From NCBI GenBank assembly GCA_030390025.1, contig CM059432.1, forward strand, positions 50,842,001 to 50,906,000: a stretch of 64,000 nt of DNA. The letters are read 5' to 3'. The notes under the pieces are model-generated. The model had not been told where the DNA came from, did no database searches, and saw nothing but the letters and a program-made list of their open reading frames with translations. A program made the translations under genes and the position numbers. How positions within the stretch are numbered: position 1 is the stretch's first letter; the number at the start of each line of letters is the position of its first letter. Of this stretch, positions 48,500-60,886 are shown one piece after another. The DNA comes from Squalus acanthias (lineage: Eukaryota).

Positions 48500-51400
48500 G
48501 GACCTGCGGGAAGGAGGGAGGAGGACAGTAGGAGTATGTTTGTGTGTGTGTGTGCTAGGCTGATGTAGCAGAGCCTGGTCTCCAATCATCTTGGATCCCC
48601 TTGCCATTGGACCAAGACCTTGCTCTGTCAAGCCTGTGTGGTAGCTGATGTGCAACAGCCAACCCACGTTAAAAGAATTCATGCACAGGCATCTTCCACC
48701 CTTTAAAATGAAGTTCGGGACCTGGAACGTCAGGACCCTCATGGACTACCCCAACAGACCAGAACGCTGTACCGCTATCGTTGCTCGGGAGCTCAGACGT
48801 TTCGACATAGACATCGCCACCCTAAGCGAGACCCGGCGGGCAGGGGAAGGCCAGCTCAAAGAGCAAGGCGGTGGTTACACCTTCTTCTGGAAAGGCAAGC
48901 TTGAAGAAGAACGCCGCCTCCATGGGGTAGGCTTCGCCATAAAAAATGAACTAGTTGGGCGTCTCAGAGACTCCCCTTGCGTATAAACGAGTGCCTCATG
49001 ACTCTTCAGCTCACCCTAGCCCGGAACCAGTGCGCTACGGTCATCAGTGCATACGCCCCAACACTGGAAGCCACAGACGAGACCAAAGAAGAATTCTACT
49101 CCAGCCTCGAACAATCCCTGTCCCGAGTCCCAACGGGCGACAAGCTGATCCTCCTTGGCGACTTTAACGCCAGAGTTGGAAAGGACACAGACCTCTGGGG
49201 AGGTGTGATCGGCAGAGAGTGGGTAGGGAAAGTCAACTCCAATTGTACCCTCCTCCTGACGAAATGCTTAGAACATGGCCTTGTCATAACCAACACCTTG
49301 TTCCGTCAGAGAGACAAGTACACGGCTTCATAGCAACACCCTCGCTCCAAGCATCGGCATCTGCTGGACTATGTCATCGTCCGAGTGAGGGACTGCAAGG
49401 ACGTCCGCATCACCCGCGCCATGACAGGAGCTGACGACTGCTGGACAGACCACCGCCTAATCCGCTCTGTCATCTCCATCAATGTAGCTCCAAAACAGCG
49501 GCGGCAACAGAAGCAATGCTGCAGGAAAATCAACGCTGGAGCACTCAAAGACCCTGCTAAGAAAGCCCTATTCAGCCTGCGCCTCACAACCAATCTGACG
49601 ACTCCCAGTGATGCAGAGACACAGAGTGTCCACAGCGCCTGGTCTACACTCAAGGCCTCCATAATCAGCACCTGTGAAGAGACGCTCAGGTCACTCGACC
49701 AGGAAACACCAAGACTGGTTCGACAAGAACGACCAGTTGATCCAGGAGCTAATAAGCCGCAAGCGCAAGGCATTCCTGATCTGGAAACAGCAACACAACT
49801 CGAGAGCAAGAAAGCAGCTCTACAGACGCCTGAAGGCCGATGTCCAACAAAAAACTCGTGACCTAAAAAACAGATGGTGGGTGGAGAAAGTGCAGGAGAT
49901 CCAGCAGCTAGCCGACAACCAAGACGTGCGTGGATTCTTTAGCGCAGTCAAGACCACCTACGGCCCAAGCACCCAAAGTCCTACCCCACTGCGAGCCAAG
50001 AACGGAGAGGCACTCATCAAGGACAGAGAGGCAGTCAGTGCCCGCTGGAAGGAACACTTCAAAGATCTCCTTAACCGAGACTCTGTCTTCGACGCGAGTG
50101 TCCTCAACTCCATCCCGCAGCATGCTACCCGCCACCACCTCAGCACAACCCCAGCCCGGCATGAGGTTGAAAAGGCCATCCGACAACTGAAGAACAACAA
50201 TGCCTCAGGAGCAGATGGAATCCCCGCCGAGGCGCTAAAACATGGCGGAGAAGCACTATTGGCGCGAATACATGAATTAATTTCTCTTATTTGGAAGGAG
50301 GAGAGCATGCCAGGGGATCTCAGAGATGCCGTAATTCGTGACCATCTTCAAGTAGGTGACAAGTCCGATTGCGGTAATTACAGAGGAGTCGCCCTGCTGT
50401 CTGCCACAGGGAAAGTCATCGCAAGAATCCTCCTCAATCGCCTTCTCCCAGTGGCTGAAGAGCTCCTCCCAGAGTCGCAATGCAGATTCCGCCCACTAAG
50501 GGGCACAATGGACATGATCTTCACCGCGCGTTAACTACAAGAGAAATGCAGGGACCAGCACCAACCGCTGTACATGGCCTTCCTTGACCTCACAAAGGCC
50601 TACAACACCATCAACCATGAGGGATTATGGAGTGTCCTCCTCAAATTCGGCTGCCTCAAAAGTTTGTCACCATCCTCCGCCTGCTTCACGACGACATGCA
50701 AGCCGTGATCCTGACCAACGGATCCACCACAGACCCAATTCACGTACGGACCGGGGTCAAGCAAGGCTGTGTCATCGCACCAACGCTCTTCTCGATCTTC
50801 CTGGCTGCAATGCTTCATCTCACCCTCAGTAAGCTCCCCGCTGGAGTGGAGCTATTCTACAGAACAAACGGGAAACTGTTCAACCTCCGTCGCCTCCAGT
50901 CCAGATCCAAGGTCGTCCCATCCTCTGTCATTACAGTATGCAGACGACGCTTGCGTCTGCGCACACTCTGAGGCCGAACTCCAAACCATCTTCAACACCT
51001 TCACCGAAGCGTACGAGAGCATGGGCCTTATTCTAAACATCCGTAACACAAAGATCCTCTACCAACCTGCCCCCGCCACAGTACTGCACCAAGCTCATGG
51101 TCTACAGAGCAGTAGTGATACCCGCCCTCCTGTATGCTTCAGAGACATGGACCATGTACAGCAGGCACCTCAAAGCACTGGAGAGGTACCACCAATGCTG
51201 CCTCCACAAGATCCTGCAAATCCATTGGCAGGATAGGCGCACCAACGTCAGTGTTCTCGCTCAGGCCAACATCCCCAGCATCGAAGCTTTGACCACGCTC
51301 GATGAGCTCCGATGGATGGGCCACATCGTCTGCATGCCCGATACGAGACTCCCAAAACAAGCACTCTACTCGGAGCTCCGACACAGCAAGAGAGCCCCAG

Positions 51401-51754
51401 GTGGGCAGAGGAAACGCTTCAAGGACACCCTCAAAGCCTCCTTGAAAAAGTGCAACATCCCCACCGACACCTGGGAATCCCTGGCCCAAGACCGCACAAA
51501 GTGCAGGAGAAGCATCCGGGAAGGCGCCGAACACCTCGAGTCTCTTCGCCGGGAGCAAGCAGAAGCCAAGCGCAAACAGCGGAAGGAGTGCACGTCAACC
51601 CAAGCAACCCACCCACCCGTCCCTTCAACCACTGTCTGCCCCACCTGTGACAGAGACTGTAGGTCCTACACTGGACTCATCAGTCACCTGAGAACTCATT
51701 TTTAGTGTGGAAGCAAGTCATCCTTGGTTCCGAGGGACTGCCTAAGAAGAAGAA
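48500..51754 (+). mobile_element. Near full-length RTE-clade non-LTR retrotransposon (inactive)
   Basis: MKFGTWNVRTL...LSETR, ISAYAPT, LGDFNARVG, TDHRL (APE); NYRGVALL, GVKQGCVIAPTLF, QYADD (RT); C-terminal CPTC...HLRTH zinc finger; (AAG)n tail; stops, frameshifts and a deletion near 51085. Confidence 0.95.
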
Positions 51755-53144
51755 ATTATGTTTGTAAGCAGGCTGTTGTAGCTCTGAATCCCTAGGCTCA
51801 GTACTTACTGGATTCTGTGGTCAGCAGGTTGCATTTCCTGCAATTCCATCTGCACTTGCTCTTCCTCACTCATTCTCTGTATTTCATCAATTGCTCCCTG
51901 CTACAACTTACAGTGCTTGCCTCTGTAGAATTGGTTGACACAGGCTACTGTAAGGTTGTGACAAAAATTAAGTATTTTTGTCTCGAATGGATTATTTATT
52001 TTGATCTATCTTCCTTGCCACTGTACACATTGCACACAAAATTAAGTACTGTTAGGTGACTCATCAAGCTCAAGGCTCACTGATACATATTACTCTGGTA
52101 AGCTGAAGGTACTAACATTCACCTGTAGCTTGTTCCTCTGAAACAAAAAGTAGTTTAATTTGAGTGCAAAGCCATTAGTGTCATCCTGTCCAGCTCTGTT
52201 CCTGATAGCTGGCTGGTTAGATATGAATTTTCTACAATTACAGGCTATGAGCTTTAAAGGATGGTAGAGATTACTTTGTCCAGCAACCATTCTTTGTATT
52301 TGGAAGCTTGTGAATGGCTAATTACATAATATAGTCAGGAAAAGTAGGCGTTCATTTTAAGTCACCAAACCCGGCGATAACAGGGCAATAAGTGTCTCAA
52401 AATGGGGTCGATAGACATACCACTATTTTAATGTCAATGCGCCGATTACTACCATCTTGAAAGTTGTCCTACGCCTGGATGACTGCAGTGCTTGTCTGAA
52501 ACAGGCAGCAGGCCTCTCAACAAGCAAATCGTGGTTCTAGTTACGTAGTTAGGACCCTGATTGAAATTTTAAGGGGCACATGGGTGGAGCTTGTGTGTAC
52601 TGGTGTTGAACAGCCTAAGCAGCGATCCTTAAAGGGACCACTGCTGGCTGTTGAGGAAAATGGCTTTTTATGCCCTATTTGCAGTGTGCCCATAACTCTT
52701 CTGCCAAAGTTCTGATGGATGAGCAGGAGAACCACCACAGAAATTCTCCCCAGAGTTTTACCTAAGCAACATATTGTAGTGTGTTAGGCTGCACTGTATG
52801 TCTGACATAACCGTAGCCATGCGCTTTGGGAAGCCCTTTGATCAACCTCAGCTCCACTCCTGCTTTATTGCCTGCATGCCCATATTCCCTAGTGCTCTTT
52901 ACTCATCGTGTCTACTGTTTTCCAATATTATATTATAATTCAAAATCTAATCAACTTCTATGACTGCTGACAGATTTAAGTCAATGCATTTCTATTCTTT
53001 GTGATGCCTATAGGTGCCAATTTAATAAGCTTTCCAATTTGAATTGAGCAATGAGTGGTCATAGTCCCTGTCATGCCAGCAAGTCCAGCTGTACAGCAGG
53101 TGGAGCTACAGAGCTTCTACCTTGCCCAGGACAGTTACCACAAT

Positions 53145-54056
53145 GGCCCAGAAATTCGCCTCCCCGGCTTGCCGCGGGGGTAAGGATCGCGCGCGCACTT
53201 ACCTACCGCGTCTGCCGTTCTGCTTCTGGCCCACGGGGACTTCAGCTCCTGGGCCTGCTCCAACTGCTGGCGCGCAGTGCTTGCGTGTCCCAGGGGCGTA
53301 GTTAGTGCGATGCGCCCCTGGGATCATGTGGGCCATGGAGAGCCAATGGCAGCAGACCATCTTTCATTCATAGATTTGACAGGAAGACCTGTCAAATCTA
53401 TGAATTGAAATCGGCCCCAAAAGAACAGCTAAACTTCAAATAAATTGAAAAAAAACCATCACATTTTTTAAATAACTATAAGTTAAATAAATTAACCACT
53501 TTAAACAAAAATTTAAATTTTTGAAAAAATTAAAATACTTTTTAAGAGTGCTAAAAATAAACCTACCTTTCTTTAAAGTATCTAAAAAAGATAAACCTGT
53601 TGAAATTTTTTTTAAATTATAATTAATTAACCACTTACCTTGTTGAAAACGGGTCCTGCGCCTCCTTTTTAAAAATGAGAAGTCGCACAACACCAGGTTA
53701 TAGTCCAACAGTTTTATTTAAAATTACGAGCTTTCAGAGCGCTGCTCCTTCTTCAGGTACAAGTACAGTGAGGCAATACAAATCGGCAGTATATTTAAAA
53801 AAAAATTTAAAAACTTTTTAAAAGCGCAGGTTCTTCAATACTTACCCTCCCGGAGAAACCTGAAAAAAACCTAAGTTTGCTGCGTGCGCACAGCCTCTAC
53901 CGCGCACGTGGTTCACCTCTGAACCCCTCCCTTCACGAGACTGGAAGTTCCGGTTTCCCGCGCATGCGCAGTGCTTGCAGGAAACCGGCACTTCAGGCGG
54001 CCTTATGGGTGAGTACACAATGCAAACTCACCCGGCAAGTGCCGAATTTTTGGCCC
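53145..54056. mobile_element. MITE family 2, copy 1
   Basis: TIR GGCCCAGAAATT / AATTTTTGGCCC; AAT on both flanks; homologous to 54270-55013. Confidence 0.85.
53725..53759 (-). ncRNA. Minimal type-I hammerhead motif (family 2), within a short insert at ~53676-53760
   Basis: Reverse strand TAC-CTGAAGA-A-GGAGC(AGC)GCTCT-GAAA-GCTC-GTA, followed by AATAAA; the segment is absent from MITE copy 2. Confidence 0.7.
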
Positions 54057-54235
54057 AATACTTCATCCTAACTTCAGGTATGTTTTAAAACAGCTCAGTA
54101 GCTGCATCATCTTCCTAGTGCAATTCCAGGGTAATTCCAGTGGGGTGGGGTGGTTTTGTTAATGGGGAGAAATATACATCAACCAGGTTTCTGCTGCTAC
54201 TGAGAAGCTCGACACCATCCTGAACAGAGCAGTTC

Positions 54236-55087
54236 CCATTCTGACGAAAGGTCATCGACCTGAAACATTGGCCCAGAAATTAAACACTGAGTGTTCACGC
54301 GGGGGTAAGGCTTCCCCGCGATATCTCACTCCGCGCCTACCTTTTTCCTCCGGGCCCACACGAACTTTAGTTTCAAGGCTGCAGCTGTGCAGTGCTTGCA
54401 TGACCCAGAGACGCAGTTAGTTCGTGCGAGCTCTGGGATCACGTGATTCAGTTAGAGCCAATGGCAGCACACCATCTTTCATTCATAGTTTTAACAGCAA
54501 GGGCTGTCAAAGCTATGAATCCTACACACCCCCTAAAGAACAGCTAAACCTCAATTAAATTTAAAAAAAAGACATCACATTAATAAAATAAGTATAGTTA
54601 AATAAATTAACCACTTTAAACAAAAAATTAAATTTTTGAAAAAATTTAAAATCTTTTTAAAAGTTATAAAAATAAACTTACCTTTCTTTAAAGTCTCTAA
54701 AAAAGATAAACCTGTTGAAAATTTTTTAAAATAATACTTAATTAACTACTTACCTTGTTAAAAGAGGGTCTTACGCCTCCTTTCTTTATGTGTAAAATCT
54801 TCCATGCTTACCTGCGCGTTCAAAGCACTAAGTGCACTGCGTGCGCGCAGCCTGTAGCGCGCACGCGGTTCACTTAGGAACCGCCCCCTTTTGAATTCAC
54901 GAAGTGCCGGTTTCCCGCGCATGCGCAGTGCATGCAGGAAACCGGCAATTGGAGACCTAAAACGCGAGAGTACACAGTGCGTACTCTCGCGTATTAGGTC
55001 TAATTTTCGGGCCATTAACTCTGTTTCTCTCCCCACAGATGCTGCTTGACCTGCTGAGCATTTCCAGCATTTTCTGTTTTTATTATT
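54236..55087 (+). mobile_element. Short hammerhead-bearing Penelope-terminus insertion, split by a MITE
   Basis: 10-bp TSD AGAGCAGTTC (54226-35, 55088-97); CTGACGA-A-AGGTC(ATC)GACCT-GAAA at 54241-54265; remainder resumes at 55014. Confidence 0.88.
54270..55013. mobile_element. MITE family 2, copy 2
   Basis: TIR GGCCCAGAAATT / AATTTTCGGGCC; ATT TSD (54267-69, 55014-16). Confidence 0.9.
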
Positions 55088-57461
55088 AGAGCAGTTCACA
55101 TGATTGGTGCCCCTGCCACTGGACTCAATATTCACTCCCTCCATCAATGACAAACTGTGGCTGCAGTATGTACGATCCGTAGGATGCACTACCGCAACTA
55201 ATCAACAACAACAACTTGCATTATCTAGCCTCCTTAACATAGTAAAAAGGCCCAAGGCACTTCATGGGAGTGTTATTAAACAAATTTGATATGATCAAGC
55301 TTACTTCGACAGCACTTCCCTCCCCTGCGACCTTTACTACCTAGAAGAACAAGAGTGGAAATGTTGTGGGAACACCATCATCCTCAAATTCTTTTTCAAG
55401 TCACACACCATCCTAACGTGGAAATATATTGTCTTTGCTTCATCATCGCTGGGTCAAAATCCTGACAGTCCCTACATAATAGAATTGTGGAAGCACCATC
55501 GGCAAAAGGACTGCAGTGGTTCAAGGAGAAGGCTCGCCACCATGTTCTCAAGGAATCTAAGGATGGACAATAAATGCTGCCTTGTCTGTGTTCCCCCACA
55601 TTCCAAGAACAAATACAATTAAAAAATTGCATGGTCAACTCATTAGAGTAAGTTGCAGTAGGTAGGCAACATAAATACAACCTCCATTCCACAGCTATAC
55701 TAAGGACGGGGGTGGAATCTCATGGGTAGGCAGGAACTCAATTCAAGAAGCAAGCCTTGGTAAAGACCATTGGCAGGGAATTGGGGGAGGAAAACAGCTA
55801 AAGAGAGGCAAAATTCTGGTGCAGTAGCATGATATAATGGAAATGAAAGTCGGAAGAGATGTATAGCATGCGGCTGAATTGATATTCCCTATTTTATGCT
55901 ATCACCCAAAGTCAAAATTACCCAATATATTAAGTGAACTGCATTGAAATGTCAGTGACAACCACTGTATCGACCCTCACTGTGATATGTGGATCAAATG
56001 TCATTCATCCATCAGTATCAGCAGCCAACATAAATATCTGTATCCTCCCTCTTGCAGTGAAATGCCTCCCTAAATGTTAACATTTCAGCTGTGCAGGTCT
56101 CAGCCCCTGTTTGAAGCTGAGTAGAGGCTTTCAGATGATACTGATATCACTGCCCTCCTAATACCATGATCTCTTTTATCCTCTATCACAGGAGTGGATC
56201 GCCCACAATAATACAATCGCAGGCTACAGGTGGAGGACTACCAGATATTTTGATGCCACAGGAGAAAGAAACTGCAAATCCTGGGGAGGCAGATGCCATA
56301 CACTGTAGGAGATGGTGAAGTAGGAGAGCCTGTGGTACCTGCAGGTTTATTAGCACCATTAGGAGCTTGCCATAATAATGGCCTGTGATCCAGAACACCC
56401 ATGCAAGAAGTTTGATTGGCTTCCGAGATGAATTTGAATTGATGCTACCTGGAGCAAGTAGCAGTTCCAGAAACTCTGCATGTGCCCCTGTAACCGAGAG
56501 AAGAGCGAAGCCTCCAGAACAATTACTGACTCCTATGTGGAGGCATTGACCATTGGGTTTCAAATCTTGGGGAAACCATATGAGGAGAACCAGTTTCTAA
56601 CAGCTTTGGGATACCAGCTTTCAGGGTCTGCATGATCTAAATGCCATCATCATGTCTGCCCTCACAGTGATCTGTGGTCAGGCAGATCCAGGATTCAGAT
56701 CAAGTACCATGACAAGAGTCCACCATTTTGATGCTGTCCTCACTCTTGAGGACAGCCTTTGTGAACTTTCCAGTCAGCCCCCTCAGATGCCTACTCACGT
56801 AAGTGGTGGGATACAGGACCAGGCTACCTATGCCCATGCAACTGCAGTTGCAACACAACCTGCAAAAGAGTCCTGGCAAGGCTCACAAGCCCTGAGACGA
56901 GGGCCACCTCGTTCCCAAAAGTCTCATGATACCACAATGCAGTCAAGCACCATCAGCTTCCCAGGCCCTCAGATTCCACCAGAATCGGATTAAAAATAAC
57001 ACAGAGAGGGACTGGGGGGAAAACACAGTGACAAAAGGAAGCATTTGCTATAAATATTAGTGTGACTATTTAAAAAGGAAACACTTGTAAACATATATGA
57101 TAGTAAAGACACTTTGTGAAATGAAGTCCAGTGTTCTTGCATGTCTCTATTCGGGGTTTATGTTTCAGTGTTCCTGAAGTATTCCATTTAGAGAGGAGTA
57201 ACAAGCAGAATGAAGAATCTGTTTGGCAAATGGTTGAGGGGAAAAGGGTGCTGGGTTGATGTTAAGGACAAGTGTAAGGGCTGCAAGAGAGGGTCACCTC
57301 TTAATTTATTGATTGGAGAAGGTGGTGTTTATCAAATGTTGTCTTATCAATTTCTCCAGATCTCAGGGGCTTCCTTGCTTCTTCCTCTTGCTGCTGCTGA
57401 TCAAGTGATTGCTGAGCTTTTTCTACTGGCTCTCTTTCCTCATCTAAAGAAAGAAAGACTT

Positions 57462-58314
57462 GCGGCCTGGGGCGGGACAGCTGCCTTCCGGGTTCCAGTT
57501 CCGCCCCCAACGACGTCCGACGCACAGATGCGATTTTGCATCAATTGGCCTTGTTAAGCCCGCCCTGCGGGCTTGCCGGCCAATTAAGAGAAAGCTGGTG
57601 TCAGATTACGTCAGTTGATGACGTGTCATCTGCTGGTTTTCTTAAAGGGGCCCACGCACAATTTTTTTTGACAGCTGATTTTTCAGTGTTTGACAGCATT
57701 GAGGTGCTGCAAACACTGACAATCACTGTACAAAGGTGAGCCGTTGCACCCAGGCTCTCCAGTGATTCCCTCCTTAGGCTAGAACAGATGGCAGCTGCAG
57801 GTGAGGTTACAGAAGCGATCTGTCACTGGTGAGAGAGGTTCTCCCAATGAGGTGGGACTACACAAACAATTCAAAACTTGTCACCTACAGAAAAGTCTAA
57901 ATACATTAAAAATAATTTTCCCAACATTTTCTTACCTCTGAAACTTACCAGTGTACCATTGGATCCTTCACCCCACTTCTGCAGCTGTCATCAATGCACA
58001 AACATTACAGTAGACCCACAGCACACCACACTTACCTGGCGTGGTGTCCGGATGTCGGGAAACCCGCAGTAGACCTGTCAAAATTGGAAAAAGCCTCTTA
58101 ACTGCCTGTTAACAACCTGTTAACAAGCAGTTAAGTGCCTATAATCTTCTTCCCGCCGCTAGGTGTTGGGTCCATTCGCAAATCGGGGACCCGACAGCTG
58201 GGAAGATTGATTGGAGGCGGGTTGACAGCGCGTTTCCGACCTGCTGTCAATCTTTACAATTTTGCCGGATGTCCCGCCTCCAAACCCGCCCCCTGAGCGC
58301 CGGCAAAATTCCCC
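57462..58314 (+). mobile_element. Harbinger deletion derivative related to 4999-6057
   Basis: Shared TTGTTAAGCCCGCC, CAGCATTGAGGTGCTGCAAACACTGACAA and terminal GCCGGCAAAAT blocks. Confidence 0.75.
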
Positions 58315-58326
58315 TATGACTCTATA

Positions 58327-58692
58327 AGGTTAAGAGGAGATTTGATAGAGGTGTTCAAAATCATGAATGGTTTTAATAGAGTAAATAAGAAGAAACTGTT
58401 TCCAGTGGCAGAAGGGTCGGTAACCAGAGGACACAGATTTAAGGCAATTGGCAAAAGAACCAGAGGCGACACAAGGGGAATTTTTGTTATGAGTTGTTAT
58501 GATCTGGAATGCACTGCCTGAAAGGTTGGTGGAAGCAGATTGGATAATAACTTTCAAAAGCGAATTGGATAAATACTTGAAGGGGAATTATTTGCAGGAC
58601 TATGGGGAAAGAGTACGGGATTGGGACTAATTTGATAGCTCTTTCAAAGAACCGGCACAGGAATCGCCTCTTTCTGTGCGGTATCATTCTAT
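58327..58692 (+). mobile_element. CR1 3' fragment
   Basis: AGGTTAAGAGGAGATTTGATAGAGG...TGGAATGCACTGCCTG, ending ATTCTATGA. Confidence 0.85.
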
Positions 58693-60611
58693 GACTCCAT
58701 GTTATCACTCGGACACTGAGAGAGTGGAATCCCTTGTGATTTAGAAAGTTTGGGGGATTCTGAGGTTGGCCCATATTGCAACATGGGTGCTTTCTATAGC
58801 ACCTTGCACCACAGGGAATGCTGCCACATCATAAAACTGCTGCCTTTCTTGAGCTGACATTCTGAAGGTTGTAAATTGGGATGCCCTGCTGAAAAGCATG
58901 GCAGTAACTTCATCCATACTGCAGTGGGCTGCAAATTGAGTGAAGTTGCAGAAGTCAGCACTTGCAGCCAAATGGACCCTGTGGCATAGAAATTGAGGGG
59001 TGTGGTGACTTTTATCTGACAGAGAGTGCAGTGGGTGTTGTAGAGGATGTTTGGAGGTCTGGTTACAACAGGACATGGAGTTTCTGTAATGGCTCCTTCT
59101 TGAATCGTAGCTTCCTTAAGCAGACCACTTCTGGTACATCGCCAAAAAAGCTGCACGGTCTGTAGACTCTGGTGGAAGGGACAGTCTAGTTGTTTTTTTT
59201 AGCTTAGTGCAGCCCTATCCTGTGTACCTCTCTCTCTTCTTCCTGCTCAAGTTTTGCCTCCATATATGTGGGAAACAAGGATAGGGAAAAAAATTGCCTA
59301 ACTTACTCTACAGAAAGGCAACTTGTAGAGTACAGCACAGCACAGTACAGCACAAGAAAATATTCAAATTGCTCCAGTCAGAAGTAAGACATCAGACGAA
59401 CTTTGTGTTAAGTCAAAGCTTGTGAAATCAACCACTTCCTGGTTTGGGACATCATGCAGGCATGAGCCAGATCAGGTGCAATGCTGGTGAAATTACAATA
59501 TTTCTGACAGATAACTTCATTCCTATCTTATCCTGCCTTTTGCATACATTCACTGCGCTTGGGGGTGAGTGCTTCTTCCAACTGCCACCATTATTGCCGG
59601 AATTTATCGTGCAGATTAGAAGGGATCGGACTTCTGGAATTTCGGAGTCCTGCCCTCAGCCCTGAGCCAGACCCCGCCACCTACACCAGAAAAAACACTA
59701 TTTCTGCCCCAAAAGGTTTGCGGAACTTCCAGGCTCCTGTACAGGTAGCTTTATGCTGGCACAGGGGATGCTGGGATATTAAATAGTACTGCCCATCATG
59801 GAACCAAAAAGGTCCAGAGGTAGGCAATGGAACTGAATATCGGGCGGGGTGTATAGCGGGCGGCCACTTCAATAGCACCCACTTTGCGCTACCGCCCAAG
59901 GTGAATTTCTGCCCCACTGACTCCTTACCTGAAGTTCTGTGGGGTTCGGCCACCTTCTGGTACCTCGCCTGTCGCCATGCTTCATAAACTTCATCATTTT
60001 CTGACTTTGCGTTGCCAGCAGGAAGTCTTACCTTCCGAAAACAGATATCAGAAATTCAGGCACGCACTGCACAGAACCATCAATTTTAAACGGGTAGCAC
60101 AAGGTCAGAAAATGGTGCCTCATATGTTAACTTTTAAACAGTGAATGTCGGCAAGCTATTCAGTTGCAGGGATGTCACAGTTGAGCCCTGACCTTCTTAT
60201 AACCCAACATCTACACTCGAAATCCAAGTCACTTTCCCCTCCCTAACCCAGGGTCCCTGAAGCCAATTGTAGGGTCCCTATTGCCTGTCTTCTGAGATCA
60301 GTTTAAACAGCATATTGGGAATTCAATTTGGGACCTTCCTAAACTACATGCTTCAGCTACTCACTGCCTTAACCAGCTGAACCATTGAGGGAGTCTCAAT
60401 TCATCATGATCAAAACATTTCCCCTGTAAACTCCCTTTTGTCCATTTATTTTAAAGTCTTTCTCTACCATTTGTTAGTTTTACTATTTGTCTAAACATAG
60501 AAATTCTGTTAGTGAATCAGCTCAATAATATGTCAACACGATAAGACACAACAATAATATTTTTTCTGGGCTTTGATAACTATTAGTGAAAAGAACGAAG
60601 CTCAACTATTA

Positions 60612-60886
60612 CAAAAGCAAAATACGGCGGATGCTGGCAATCTGAAATAAAAACAGAAAATGCTGGAAATACTCAGCAGGTCAGGCAGCATCTGTGGAGA
60701 GAGAAACAGAGTTAACGTTTCAGGTCGATGACTGCCACTTCTCTTCTAGGAATGCCCACCTTGAAGAAGTTCTGCTCTTCTCTTCGCTCAGTTCTGACAA
60801 AGGGTTTCGACCTGAAACGTTAACTCTGTTTCTCTCTCCACAGATGCTGCCTGACCTGCTGAGTATTTCCAGCATTTTCTGTTTTT
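60612..60886. mobile_element. Head-to-head inverted Penelope-terminus insertion
   Basis: 60612-60732 is the reverse-strand terminus and 60790-60886 the forward one; perfect 14-bp TSD AAGCTCAACTATTA (60598-611, 60887-900). Confidence 0.9.

Larger units (their letters stand above)
54200..55620 (+). mobile_element. Old CR1 family B 3' end carrying nested insertions
   Basis: AAGCTCGACACCATCC (KLDTI) at 54205 resumes at 55098; typical 3' UTR at ~55440-55620; L2 tail fragment at ~55203-55290. Confidence 0.8.
56000..59915. mobile_element. Old degraded two-gene Harbinger with nested insertions
   Basis: Minus-strand transposase relics FYATGS, VVQGAIESTHVAI, NHKGFHSLSV (58700-59160) and acidic C-terminus (57300-57460); Myb-like C-terminal relic on + (56100-57000); right terminus GAATTTCTGCCCC, same end family as ~36040. 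Confidence 0.65.

Noticed and set aside
48250..48700. HDV-like ribozyme in the RTE 5' region
   Set aside because: Known for some RTEs, but I could not build the nested double pseudoknot by eye; needs an RNAMotif/Infernal search
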